Part shown: one piece after another, positions 9,515-19,598 of the stretch
How the letters are laid out: every line of letters begins with the position of its first letter
Numbering within the stretch: the first letter of the stretch is position 1
NCBI GenBank assembly: GCA_977017575.1
Contig: CDRNVI010000014.1
Location: forward strand, 1 to 64,000
DNA: 64,000 nucleotides
From: Paramoeba atlantica
Taxonomy: Eukaryota > Protista > Discosea
Direction of reading: 5' to 3'
Translations under genes and position numbers: made by a program
Notes under the pieces: model-generated
The model's input: only the letters and a program-made list of their open reading frames with translations
Databases searched by the model: none
Told to the model about the DNA's origin: nothing

Positions 9515-12500
9515 TCAATAATAGCATGCGTGCGGTCCCAGAATTACGTTCTTCGCATCGGGATTCTCAAAAAGAGGATACAACATGGCGCCGAGTTCTA
9601 AAACAGGTTTCGGAACACTTGGAAGACCCTCTATCCAGGAATCGTCCCCCTCTTCCTCGTCCCCCTCTTCTTCATCTTCCTCATCCCCTTCCTCTTCCCA
9701 TTCTCCGTCCTCTTCCCATTCTCCGTCCTCTTCCCACTCTCTTCTCTCCTCTTTTTTCCTCAAAGGTTTTTTGAACGTCTTTTTGAACGTGTCCCAAAGA
9801 GCACCGTAATCCATCAAAGGAAGAGCTTGCTTGGGCTGCTCCTCCTGGGAACCCACCGCACTCTCTGAGCACGGCGCCTTCATCCCCATCGCTTGAAAAC
9901 ACGCCGCAAGGTTGGGCAAGCGCAACGTCATGCGCTTCTCCTTCTGCCCCCCACAAAAGTGAGTACCCCTCGCGTACGAACCCGAGGTCACGCTCTGACA
10001 ACCCCTCGCCGCACAACGCAGCACCCCCCCCCTCCTGGCCTGCATAAACCGGTTTAACACCTCCAGGGAGGCCCTCACCCGCCGTCGCACCCGTCCCATC
10101 CCCCCCACCATCGGGGCCATCACCGCCCCCAGCGCGAGGACCACCCGCAGCCCATTCATCACCATCACCCCCCACAGGGGGAGGTACACATGGTGGAACC
10201 CGTGACCCTGGCCCGGGACCCGGGGGTCCCCGTACCCCCAGTGTCGCACAAACCCCGAAGGGTCGAGCCCCGCGCCCCACACCGTGGCCCCCCGGGCCTG
10301 GGGCCCGCAACACTGCGACACCATAAAGCACAGGAACTCCTCCCCGGTCTCCACCCCCGGCAGCAGGGCGCTGGTGACCACATAGGACGTGTGGGCCTCG
10401 CGACCCACCGCCTGGGTCTGGAGCGCGTACCCGTACCGGGGCGGGGCGGCCCGGGGAAAGGGGGAGGGAAATGGAGGGTAGGCCAGGCCCCGGGGGCTGG
10501 CCCCGTGGCCGTGGCCCCCTCGGTGGGGCCCACCGTAGGGTGAGCTGTCGTAGTACCCCTCCACGACACTCCAGCTGTCGAGAAACACACGGGCGTCCCC
10601 GTGTGCGGGACTCCTTTTGTGTGGCTTTTGTTTTCCTCCCACGCATCTGTTGTTTTCGTTGTTTTCATCTTGTGAAAAAGAAGAGGACGAAAACAAGACC
10701 CCGGCATTGGGGTTGGTTAACAGTTGATACAAAACTTTCGGTTTGGAGGAGAAGCCGAGAAAGTGGCGATCCTGGATGTGAGCGAACTCGGATTGGAGTT
10801 TGCCTTTTTCTTTACGGTAGAGCCGTCGGAGGAGGTCGACGGGGAGGGGGAAGCGTCGAAGGAGGGGGAGAGGGGGGGAGGGGGTGGGGTTCGTTTGAGT
10901 GGGTTGGGGATCGATTTCGTCATCCTCATCGTCATCACTGTAGCCGCAGAGCTCCGTGCCGTAGAATTTTCGGCGGGAAGAGGAACAGAAACCACGAGAG
11001 AAGGAGGAGGAGGAGGAGGAAGAAAAGGTGGCTAAGGAAGGATTCGAGTTAGCGTCGGGGTCGTTGTCATTAGGATTTGATCCTAGAGTGGTCTCTCTAT
11101 GGGGTGCGGGGGTGTCACAAAAGGTACAGACAAGGGGAGGAGGGATTTCGACCGTGCTCAAGCTTTCGCACATTTCGGACTCCTCTTCTGAGGAGGAGTA
11201 TTCCTCTTCTGAATCGTCGTTCTCCTTCTCCACATTTGTTTCCAAATACCCATCGTGATAGAATTGGTCATTGACGAACTCCACTTTGAGATGACTGCCG
11301 AACTGCGATTTGGTAACCTGACGCACAGGTCCCAATTCCTCAAAATGGGCCCGAACACTCGCTTCTGTGCTGTTTTTTACAATAAGAGAGGTGGAACCGA
11401 ATTCCACTTCCTGGGGGTTGAGCTCGCGGTGTGCCTCGGATTCTCGTGGGGGCTGCATCACTAAGACATGAGACTGACTTGCGAGGAGTATAAACAGAGA
11501 CAGACGACGCGGCCGGAAAACATTCGGGTTGATTTCTCGACGCATGCGAAGGAGACGGGTGGTTTCGGCTGCCGTCAGGGAGGTTCCACAACAGGGCAGT
11601 TTCTCCATCACCTCGAGGAGCTGGCGATCTCGCACACTGAGCAATGTGGGTATAAGCTTGAGCAGTTTCTGTGCAATTCCGCGGACCTCTGTCACAAAGG
11701 ACCGTACCCGGGCGTAGATCAGACTGTGTATTCGACAAAACTCACGCAGTGCGTTCGACTGCCCGGCTTCTCTTGCCTGGGCTCGGTCCATTCCGAGATA
11801 GGTGCTTGCTTCCAGGTAAATCACCAGAAAGGCCACAATATCATTAGCAAAGCCTGCTGACAGAGAGCGCACCCCTTCAACGGTCTGTGCAAACGCCGCG
11901 TGATAATCTGCATTGTTATCGTAAAACACCCGCATAGGATATTTAAACAGCGGTTTTGATAGTGAAAGCCCACAGACCACTACCAGGGTCTCGGGGACAA
12001 TCCCTAAATACGCTGCCGAAACGAGCCACCCGCTGTGAGTGACACTTAATGGAAGTTGGCTCACCACCACCCCAAGTGGGCGAACTTCATACCCCGGAGG
12101 GTTGCCGAGTAGCTGGGCCTGTATCAGTCCCCGCAGCGCGTCCTCGACCGCACCCGTGGCCGGAGCCTCGATAAAACGTGACATTACCTCCTGAGGAGTC
12201 CCAAAGGCTCTCAGGTGGACCCGAGCACGAAGCACGCTGTATTCCAGCGGGTAGAGCTCTGAGGGCTCTACCGGAGGCATCACGACGTCGTGGAGACGTT
12301 CGCTGTATAAACGACACACGATCCCCGTCTGGGTACGTCCCGCTCGCCCAGCACGTTGACGGGCGGCGCCCTGGGAACACCACACGGTTTGAAGCCGTGC
12401 CATTTTTTGCCGCTCCGCGTAGCACACGCGTCGACTAAGCCCGCTGTCCAGCACAATGTGGACATCGGGAATAGTGAGACTTGTCTCCGCGAGATTCGTT

Positions 12501-14608
12501 GCTAAAATTACCCGACACACGGGAGAACTTGTCGAGGAGAGCCGTCGGGTGGCCTTTTGCTGCTCCTCCAGCGGCACCGTGGAGTGGAGCAAAAAGAAGG
12601 AAAGCTCCAACTCGGCGTCGGGGGTCTCCGCCCAACGCTGTGCGGCACGTTGTTGTAGAACCTCACGCTCGGAGTACAGCAGTTCCATCTCCTGTAGCCC
12701 CGGGAGGAACACGAGCACACATCCCATGGGTTTACAAACCGCTGGGATAAGGCAAAGCAACAGGCGATGCATCGCGTCCAGCCCTGGAGGCTCACGGGGG
12801 AGACGAACCAGGCGAGAGGCCCAGTTCTGGATCGCCTCTGTGCCCTCCCGCGTGAGCCCGGAGGTGATCTCCAACGGGAGTGTCTCGAGATAATACTCGA
12901 CGACCGGAAACCGGCGAGTGCCGACTTGTAGACACGGCGGGGGTCCGCCTTGAACCGAGTGAAAGTACGTCACAAAACGCTCCGTCTCCAGCGTTGCGGA
13001 CATGATGATAAGCCTTTTAGCGTTTGTAGGGACACCCGAAGGCTGTGGGTCCAACGTGTCATGGGGGGGTCCACCGTGCCACCCTTTTACCGCGGCCGCC
13101 TCCCGTTCCCGGGCCAGCTTAAGCTTCACCACCAACAGGGTCATATCCTCCTCCAACCCGCGCTCGTGGGCCTCGTCAAACACCAGGTGGGTGAGACGAT
13201 CCCACAGACGGGTGTGATGCAGCAACGACTGCAGGAGGTACCCTGTGGTGACGAACACAATTCGTGTGTGTGGCCCCCCGACACTGTCGTTGGCAATCGC
13301 ATACCCCACCGTGCGCCCCAGCGGCTCCCCAAGGAGAGCCGCGACACGCTGGGCCAGGGAGATGGCGGCCAAGCGTCGGGGCTGGGTCACGACCAAATAG
13401 GGCGTGTTAGCCGTAGGAGTCGTAGTACGTGGGCTAAGGGGGTTTACCCCCTTAGTCGTACTCGGACGACTCACCCCCTCCGAAAAGGTCGTCTCGCCCC
13501 TCACAGGGGATGGGGGCTCCCTTCCCGTGTGGGGGGAGATTTCGGTAAGATTTCGCCACAGTGCGAGAGGGACTTGGGTACTTTTCCCACAGCCCGTTTC
13601 CCCGACCACACAGGTTACGGGGTTGTGCTGGACCGTGTGGACCAGTGTGGGGAGGTAGGGGTCGATGGGGAGAGGGTCGTGGGGGAGGGGGGTGGGGGGA
13701 GGTAGCCTCCCACGGTGGGGGGAGGGGGGTGGGGGTGGAGGTTGGGGGGGTGTGGAGTAGAAGGCGGATTGAAGGCTCGCCGCGAGGGTTTTGGAGGTTG
13801 CGGGGTTTTCGGAGTTCGCGGGAGCGAGAGGGTTGCGGGACGCCGGAGAGGAGACTTGGAGGGATGAGAAAAGGGAGGTTAGTCCGTCGGTTGCTGAAGA
13901 TGAATTTTGGTTAACCCTGTTAGCTTGCGTCGAGGTTGGTGAAGAACCTTCGGGAGGGTTGATTGAATTAAAACTTGCTCCGCTGTGGTTGTAAGAAAAA
14001 TGGGGTGTAAACGGATGGGCTGGTGCCACGACGGAAGATAGTGAAAAGGGATTGTCACAAATTGAATTGTCTTGCGGAACGGATGGAGATCCATGTGTGA
14101 TATGACTAGTGTAAGGAGCATTATCGGTGCAAGAAACAGGAAGAGCGACATTCGGATTGACAGCACGGATTTGCTTTTGCGAGCCATTGAAGAAAGAAAT
14201 TGGTTGCGATGGGGAGTCGGTTTGAATACCTGCGAAGTCGGAAAAGACCTCTTGTGAGGCCGAATATTGACTTTTCACATTATATTCACGAAATGTGTTA
14301 CTACTTTGCATCGACGATGTGCGAGAAGATGCGCTGACGGTCGATGGAGTAAAAACTTCTTTCGGCTGCGATGTGCTCCAATTCGACATGCTTTTTGTTC
14401 CGGTAAAGACAAATGGTAAATTGCCTGGATGCGACAAAAACTCACAGGAACGGTTGTCCTTTTGGTGGTGTTCTTCCTCACCATCTGTATTGTAAACCTG
14501 CACAAAGGGGTTGTTTTCCTTAAACTTTTCGAAAGGATATTCGGCTTGAGAAGTCGACAAGTTAAATTCCTTTGTAGCTGAATGATTTCTTTCCTTCTTT
14601 GAAGACAT
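9515..14608 (-). CDS. DEAH/RHA-family RNA helicase (1697 aa), intron-less, with low-complexity termini
   Basis: GETGCGKST, DEAH, SAT, FLPG, ATNLAETSLTIPDV and QRAGRAGR motifs, then an HA2-like region and an acidic tail. Confidence 0.95.
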   Translation of the reverse strand: MSSKKERNHSATKEFNLSTSQAEYPFEKFKENNPFVQVYNTDGEEEHHQKDNRSCEFLSHPGNLPFVFTGTKSMSNWSTSQPKEVFTPSTVSASSRTSSMQSSNTFREYNVKSQYSASQEVFSDFAGIQTDSPSQPISFFNGSQKQIRAVNPNVALPVSCTDNAPYTSHITHGSPSVPQDNSICDNPFSLSSVVAPAHPFTPHFSYNHSGASFNSINPPEGSSPTSTQANRVNQNSSSATDGLTSLFSSLQVSSPASRNPLAPANSENPATSKTLAASLQSAFYSTPPQPPPPPPSPHRGRLPPPTPLPHDPLPIDPYLPTLVHTVQHNPVTCVVGETGCGKSTQVPLALWRNLTEISPHTGREPPSPVRGETTFSEGVSRPSTTKGVNPLSPRTTTPTANTPYLVVTQPRRLAAISLAQRVAALLGEPLGRTVGYAIANDSVGGPHTRIVFVTTGYLLQSLLHHTRLWDRLTHLVFDEAHERGLEEDMTLLVVKLKLAREREAAAVKGWHGGPPHDTLDPQPSGVPTNAKRLIIMSATLETERFVTYFHSVQGGPPPCLQVGTRRFPVVEYYLETLPLEITSGLTREGTEAIQNWASRLVRLPREPPGLDAMHRLLLCLIPAVCKPMGCVLVFLPGLQEMELLYSEREVLQQRAAQRWAETPDAELELSFFLLHSTVPLEEQQKATRRLSSTSSPVCRVILATNLAETSLTIPDVHIVLDSGLSRRVCYAERQKMARLQTVWCSQGAARQRAGRAGRTQTGIVCRLYSERLHDVVMPPVEPSELYPLEYSVLRARVHLRAFGTPQEVMSRFIEAPATGAVEDALRGLIQAQLLGNPPGYEVRPLGVVVSQLPLSVTHSGWLVSAAYLGIVPETLVVVCGLSLSKPLFKYPMRVFYDNNADYHAAFAQTVEGVRSLSAGFANDIVAFLVIYLEASTYLGMDRAQAREAGQSNALREFCRIHSLIYARVRSFVTEVRGIAQKLLKLIPTLLSVRDRQLLEVMEKLPCCGTSLTAAETTRLLRMRREINPNVFRPRRLSLFILLASQSHVLVMQPPRESEAHRELNPQEVEFGSTSLIVKNSTEASVRAHFEELGPVRQVTKSQFGSHLKVEFVNDQFYHDGYLETNVEKENDDSEEEYSSSEEESEMCESLSTVEIPPPLVCTFCDTPAPHRETTLGSNPNDNDPDANSNPSLATFSSSSSSSFSRGFCSSSRRKFYGTELCGYSDDDEDDEIDPQPTQTNPTPSPPLPLLRRFPLPVDLLRRLYRKEKGKLQSEFAHIQDRHFLGFSSKPKVLYQLLTNPNAGVLFSSSSFSQDENNENNRCVGGKQKPHKRSPAHGDARVFLDSWSVVEGYYDSSPYGGPHRGGHGHGASPRGLAYPPFPSPFPRAAPPRYGYALQTQAVGREAHTSYVVTSALLPGVETGEEFLCFMVSQCCGPQARGATVWGAGLDPSGFVRHWGYGDPRVPGQGHGFHHVYLPLWGVMVMNGLRVVLALGAVMAPMVGGMGRVRRRVRASLEVLNRFMQARRGGVLRCAARGCQSVTSGSYARGTHFCGGQKEKRMTLRLPNLAACFQAMGMKAPCSESAVGSQEEQPKQALPLMDYGALWDTFKKTFKKPLRKKEERREWEEDGEWEEDGEWEEEGDEEDEEEGDEEEGDDSWIEGLPSVPKPVLELGAMLYPLFENPDAKNVILGPHACYY

Positions 14609-15217
14609 ATAAAAGGGAGATTACTTCAAAGAAATTCCTAAAAGTAGAATGCTGGATAATAAATTTATTTCTGCCAAGACCCCAGACAAAGTAAATTGTC
14701 GCTATGGTGGAATCTGCCTTTTTTCCCACAAAAAAAAGGAAATTGTTCAATCGTTTTCCGAGTTCAACGATTTGACAGTCATTTAATATTGGTATTAACG
14801 AAAGAGAGGACAGAGACTTATTTACACCAAGTCATTCTAGGGAATATACAGAAAATAAAGTTCTAGGGCCTAAATTGTGGCATACCAGGTTAAGAAAAGG
14901 TGTGACAAAAATATAGAGCTCGGGTGTATACTGTATGGACTGTATGTAGCTCGGGTCGATACTGTATGGACAACACATGAATAAGCGAGATGGGACATTG
15001 AAAACACGAATAGCCGTTATTTCAGCCTTTGAAGATGAGCTGACGAAATACAAGTAAATAATTTTAGTGTTCAGGATGCCCTTCAAAATTTTTGAAAAAT
15101 TGGGGGGAAAAAGGGAGATTTGACCGTTTCCCCTAAATAGGAGGCTAAATGTTTTAGCCCCCCTAGGCCCCCTCTGGCCTCTAGCCCCCCTCTAATATGT
15201 AAAATATTTTAGCCTCC

Positions 15218-15517
15218 TACCGTTAGACCCCAGTAAGAGAATTGTTTTCGAAGTTCGAACCAAGTAGCCTAATCTCTCTTAAGGGAGGTGAATGCTTTTT
15301 TGAAGGAAAATGCGCGGCACGCAATTATTTTCGTGTTTTCTGTGATTTCTTCGGAATTTTCTCGTTTGCCAACGGCCTCAGGAACCCGACCATCCAAGGG
15401 TCCCAGGACGACCACAAGGCCAGCCTGCTGAGCCAAGTCTCTCTTACCAGCGGTCTTCCCAAAAGGGCCCAATGTCTCGTACTAGGGGGTTTCTTAGTGC
15501 TAGGGGGATCGACGGTA
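15218..15517. mobile_element. ~300-bp MITE-like element with TA ends (family shared with 57585-57885)
   Basis: Starts TACCGTTAGACCCCAGTAAGAGA and ends GGGGGATCGACGGTA. The 3' part (AAAAGGGCC.AAT...TACT.GGGG) aligns with 57828-57885. Confidence 0.55.
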
Positions 15518-15540
15518 AGTAGGTATGGGGGGCATAGTGA

Positions 15541-16212
15541 TTAATCAAAAAGAAAAGGAAACGCGAGTAGTGTAATTAACGTAGCGCATCCAAAATAGTG
15601 TTGTGGCTTAGAAATTTCGTCCATGTGATCGTGCAAAATCGAAGGCCAAGCAGACTCCGAAGTATCTTCAGGAAACACGAGAACTTTGTTTCCTCGCAAG
15701 TCGACCCGGATGAAGGTAGGAAGAAAAGAAACATCAACGACACCCATGAAATAGTTCTGATTAAGATGAAGTCTTGCCAAGGATGCTGGCAGGGAGGCCA
15801 GATCAAGGATTCCGTTAAGAAAGTTGTCATTGACGGTAAAGTAGTTGAGGTTGGAGGGTAGTGAAGTTAGATCAAGTTCGGATGAAAACTCATTGTGTTC
15901 AAGTTTTGCTTCCAAGAGTTCGTTCCCCACATTTCCTAACGAAACCTCCCCTTGAAGTTTGTTGTGCGAAATATCTATGCGGTATACCTCAACGGGGAAA
16001 GAACACCACGTGAGATTTCCTCTCAGGTTCATCATCGCCCATTCGAGTCGGATGAGATTTGGAGATCTAAATGCGGGCTGCACTTTATTCCACTTTAGCA
16101 ATGGAGTCAATACGTTCCAGGAAGGATCGGTATTATATACGTTTTGCAAGAAGGAAATCAAACGAACTTCGGGAGGATGAAAAGATGATCGCGCTTTAGC
16201 AAGTCGCGGCAT
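15541..16212 (-). CDS. LRR protein (223 aa)
   Basis: DPSW...W cap and 23-aa repeats such as LPSNLNYFTVNDNFLNGILDLAS; hydrophobic C-terminus. Confidence 0.88.
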   Translation of the reverse strand: MPRLAKARSSFHPPEVRLISFLQNVYNTDPSWNVLTPLLKWNKVQPAFRSPNLIRLEWAMMNLRGNLTWCSFPVEVYRIDISHNKLQGEVSLGNVGNELLEAKLEHNEFSSELDLTSLPSNLNYFTVNDNFLNGILDLASLPASLARLHLNQNYFMGVVDVSFLPTFIRVDLRGNKVLVFPEDTSESAWPSILHDHMDEISKPQHYFGCATLITLLAFPFLFD

Positions 16213-16302
16213 AAGTAAAGAGATAAAGACGAAAACCAGTGACTTGCACTCCCGTCATAATAGCATGATAAGAGCTTTATCAATAAATAGTTTGAGTTTT
16301 AG

Positions 16303-17321
16303 GGGCAGTAGGGACAAATATTTGACGAAAATTTGATTTTTTTCGAAATAATTTTTTAAACGTTTTCAAATCATTTTCGTATTCATGCAGCCATTTTCAG
16401 CGTCTCTGAGCGCATAATTTTATTAACTTGTTGCACCATACTTCTTTAGTAACATGGCATAGTAATTCACTCTATCGAAACTTTTCCCATGGGTAGATCA
16501 CCCAGAAATCCAACACTCTGGTCGAGAGTGCAATAAGTCAGCGCGGCGAGACGTTCTTGTGGGCGCTTGAGCTCCCCTGACGATTACTTGGGAATGATCG
16601 GTTACTTTGTTTCTTCCCGGCGATCTGAAGGAAGTTTCGACGATTTGATCCATATGAAATCAACATTTTCTTACCTGACAAACGCAGATGACTATCGCAG
16701 GACGGCAAATACGTTTCTGAGTGAATGAAGGGCACCGGGTCGCCCCGGCTGGCCGCTGGCTCCCTCAGGATGTTCCCCCTTTGGGAAGTTGCCACCCTCC
16801 TTCAAGAGTGACACAATAGTCCCTTCACAGACGTTTGGGGGTGCGAGGTCCGAACGCCTCTACCAGTTTCTGCCGACGTGTTTAACGTTGTTTAACGACC
16901 ACATCGGGTAGGGGAGTTGGTTCCATGCGGGGGGGGGGTCCGAGTCGGTCCCCCAGACCTCAGACCTATTCGGAGGGTCTGTGTGGATTCGGAGCAGCTG
17001 TGTGGATCACTAATCATTGTTCTTCCTCGTGGACATCTGACTGGTCGAATTTCTCGGAGTGTTTGACCGCCCACTATTACCGTAAGTCCCGTAAGAGAGA
17101 TTGGGCCCCAGTAAGCGAGATTTAGTTCGAGGGGCTGAGCGGGTGGCTGGATGGGGGATCGTGGCTGGGATGGGCGACGGTAGCTGGGCGGGCGGTGATG
17201 TCTCTTTTAAACGCTTAAAATGGGTGCATGAACCTGCAAATGCCATAAAAACATTTAAAAGGACTTTTGAATCATTTACGAAAAAAATCAATTTTTCGTC
17301 AAATATTTATCCCTACCGTCC
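16303..17321. mobile_element. Non-autonomous Mutator-like (MULE) element, 1019 bp, long imperfect TIRs, 9-bp TSD
   Basis: GAGTTTTAG flanks both ends (16294-16302 and 17322-17330). Termini are GGGCAGTAGGGACAAATATTTGACGAAAA and its near-complement at 17290-17321; similarity extends ~110 bp (TTCATGCA.CCATTTT.AGCGT). Confidence 0.8.
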
Positions 17322-17629
17322 GAGTTTTAGCATGATAAAAGTTTTAGCATGTATCATAATACATGTATCATAATTTATGATGAAAAACGCACCCAGAAAA
17401 GGAAATGTAAGTGAGGACAAACCCGTTGAAAAAAACTACGCTACTACATACAATCTATGTCTGAGCTTGTTTAGCAGGATCTCGCGGGACCTCACCCGCA
17501 GCTCCTCAACTTAAACCATTAGAGTAAAGGGGGGGCTCGCGTATTGTTAACAATTTTTTTGGATATTTTTTGCTAACAATAGTCGAATGTTGACAATAAA
17601 CGACCCCCGTTTATGAGATTAAACTTGAA

Positions 17630-18632
17630 TCATACACCTTTCTTGACGGATTTTTCTGACATAAAAGCGGCGTACGTTTCTGGGGTATATCGAGTAACGA
17701 AATCGTTTATACGATGATAACCACACTGACTGACCCCAGGTAGCAAATCTTTGTAGATCACCGCCGTAATAGGATTGTCGCAAAGGTTAATACCTATCCC
17801 TTCTAGACCATGCGCTGTCAAATCCACGACCCCACTGATTTTGTTATTCGAAACATCCAAAGCACTAAAACTTGGAGAAAGAGACGAAACATTAATTGTG
17901 CCCTCAAACATGTTCCCTCCTAATTCTAACTTCCACAGTGACTCTGGGAGACCATCAAGATTAAGTGTACCACTTAATTGATTATAACTCTAAGTTAATA
18001 CAGTCGATAGTCTTGGGCAACGAAGAAAGTTGAATTGTACCCTCGAATTGGTTGTGATCAGCATTAAGAAAGCTCATATTCGGGGGTAGCTGAGTCAGGT
18101 CGACGGTGCCTTGTAGACGATTGTAGGATATCGTAAGATCTTTCATAGAAGAAGGAAGTGTAGAGAAATCGAATACTCCTTGATGGTAATGATAAGCAAC
18201 AGAAAAAATCATCAATGAGGAAGTGAAATCAGAGGAGGATAATGTCCCTGTGAGTCGCCCATTATTCGGACGACGTTGAGCTCCAACTTTTTCAACGCGG
18301 GGAGGTAAAAAAATCCATGTAATGTTTCCGGAAAGATCGAAATGATTCCACCAGAGTTGTATGACTTGTGAGTCAGAGTTGCACTTCACTCCTTCCCAAG
18401 AGCACGCGGACGTGCTTTTCCATGAGGGAGGGGTTTTGTTGACATATTGGACGAGCCGACGCATCATTTCAATCTCAGGCAAAGTTACGAAGCTCACCTT
18501 ACTTCCAAATTTTCGTCTCTTTTGCGCCGGTTGCTGAAGACACTCATCTACACTCGTAGTGAAGGAGATGCGCAATAAAGCATACGAAACACCCGCTCGT
18601 AATATATTCTCGTATCGCAACCTGTCAATCAT
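17630..18632 (-). pseudogene. LRR protein, frameshifted near 17990
   Basis: SW...CSWEGVKC cap and LRRs. Removing one T at ~17989-17990 gives INLEYNQLSGTLNLDGLPESLWKLELGGNMFEG, joining the 17630-17911 frame. Confidence 0.85.
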
Positions 18633-18916
18633 AAGACTTCGTTAAACAAAATTGAGAAAGAAGAAGAAAAGCCTTTGGGCCATAATTCCCCGCTTTCGAT
18701 ATTTGAGGGGCTGCGGGTGGTGTCCCGCGAACTCGCGACGAACCCGCGCGAAACCGCGGTTCGTCCCCCCCCCCCCCCGAGGCCTGGTCCTATAGTACAC
18801 ACCTTTTGGTTCAATGAACCACGATTGAACCAACTGAACCAACCTACAGGTGTATTCCTGGTGACGATTTCTTGGGTGGCACGAAATTGTCCCGAAGGTT
18901 AGAATGTAGATGCTAA

Positions 18917-19122
18917 AATTAGTACTATTTAAAATACTGCCCCCCCGTTTAAGAGCACCTCGCTTTCACTGAAAAGTGCGCTTAAAAGGGGGGGTCTGAA
19001 TCACTACGTAAAAAAAATTTGGCGCCCTTTCGCGGCGTCGGTCTCTTCCCTTCAACTCTATGTGCGCTTAAAAGGGGAGATCTGACCGGGTGCGCTTAAG
19101 GGGAGGGGGGATAGTACTAATT
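18917..19122. mobile_element. 206-bp MITE-like element
   Basis: 12-bp TIR AATTAGTACTAT (18917-18928) / ATAGTACTAATT (19111-19122), with three internal copies of GTGCGCTTAA(A)AGGG. Confidence 0.6.
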
Positions 19123-19598
19123 AAAACATATTTTGTTTTTGTATTTTTGAACTTGAAGGGTACTTACAAGCGGAGCCTATCACATCAGATGCCTTCCAGC
19201 GTCATCGAGCCCGCCTCCGCCGCGAGCATGTCTGTAACTTTTTCGAGACCGTTCAATGGTTGAATCCCCGGTTTATCAAGTGGACAGCACGTCGTGAAGA
19301 TGGTTCCTTTCTTCTGACGCCCCCTGATATCGAGGTAGTGAATGATATGTTGGGTAATGGTTCGCCGTTTTTTGACGTCTCTTCCAATGAGTTCGAAGAC
19401 TATACGCATTGTGAAGACAAACAAATGTGGCTGTAACGAAATTAATTCAATTAATTTCGTTCGTCAAAGGAAAAGGACAATCATATAATTCATTGTGATC
19501 ATCAGGTGAATAAAAGCTAAGCATGCAGCGAACAAAATGACATGTTTTTGTTTTCAAGGAGACTGAAAGTTACTATCCTATTTTATCTTTGAGTACCT

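Noticed and set aside
9585-13994. Many long ORFs overlapping or antisense to the helicase (also those over SF3B3, PP2C and the large LRR gene)
   Set aside because: Shadow frames of GC-rich coding sequence, rich in G/R/P and without motifs.
17982-18000. Intron explaining the frame breaks in the LRR and SET genes
   Set aside because: Single-base indels restore continuous motif-consistent frames, and no GT-AG intron is needed.
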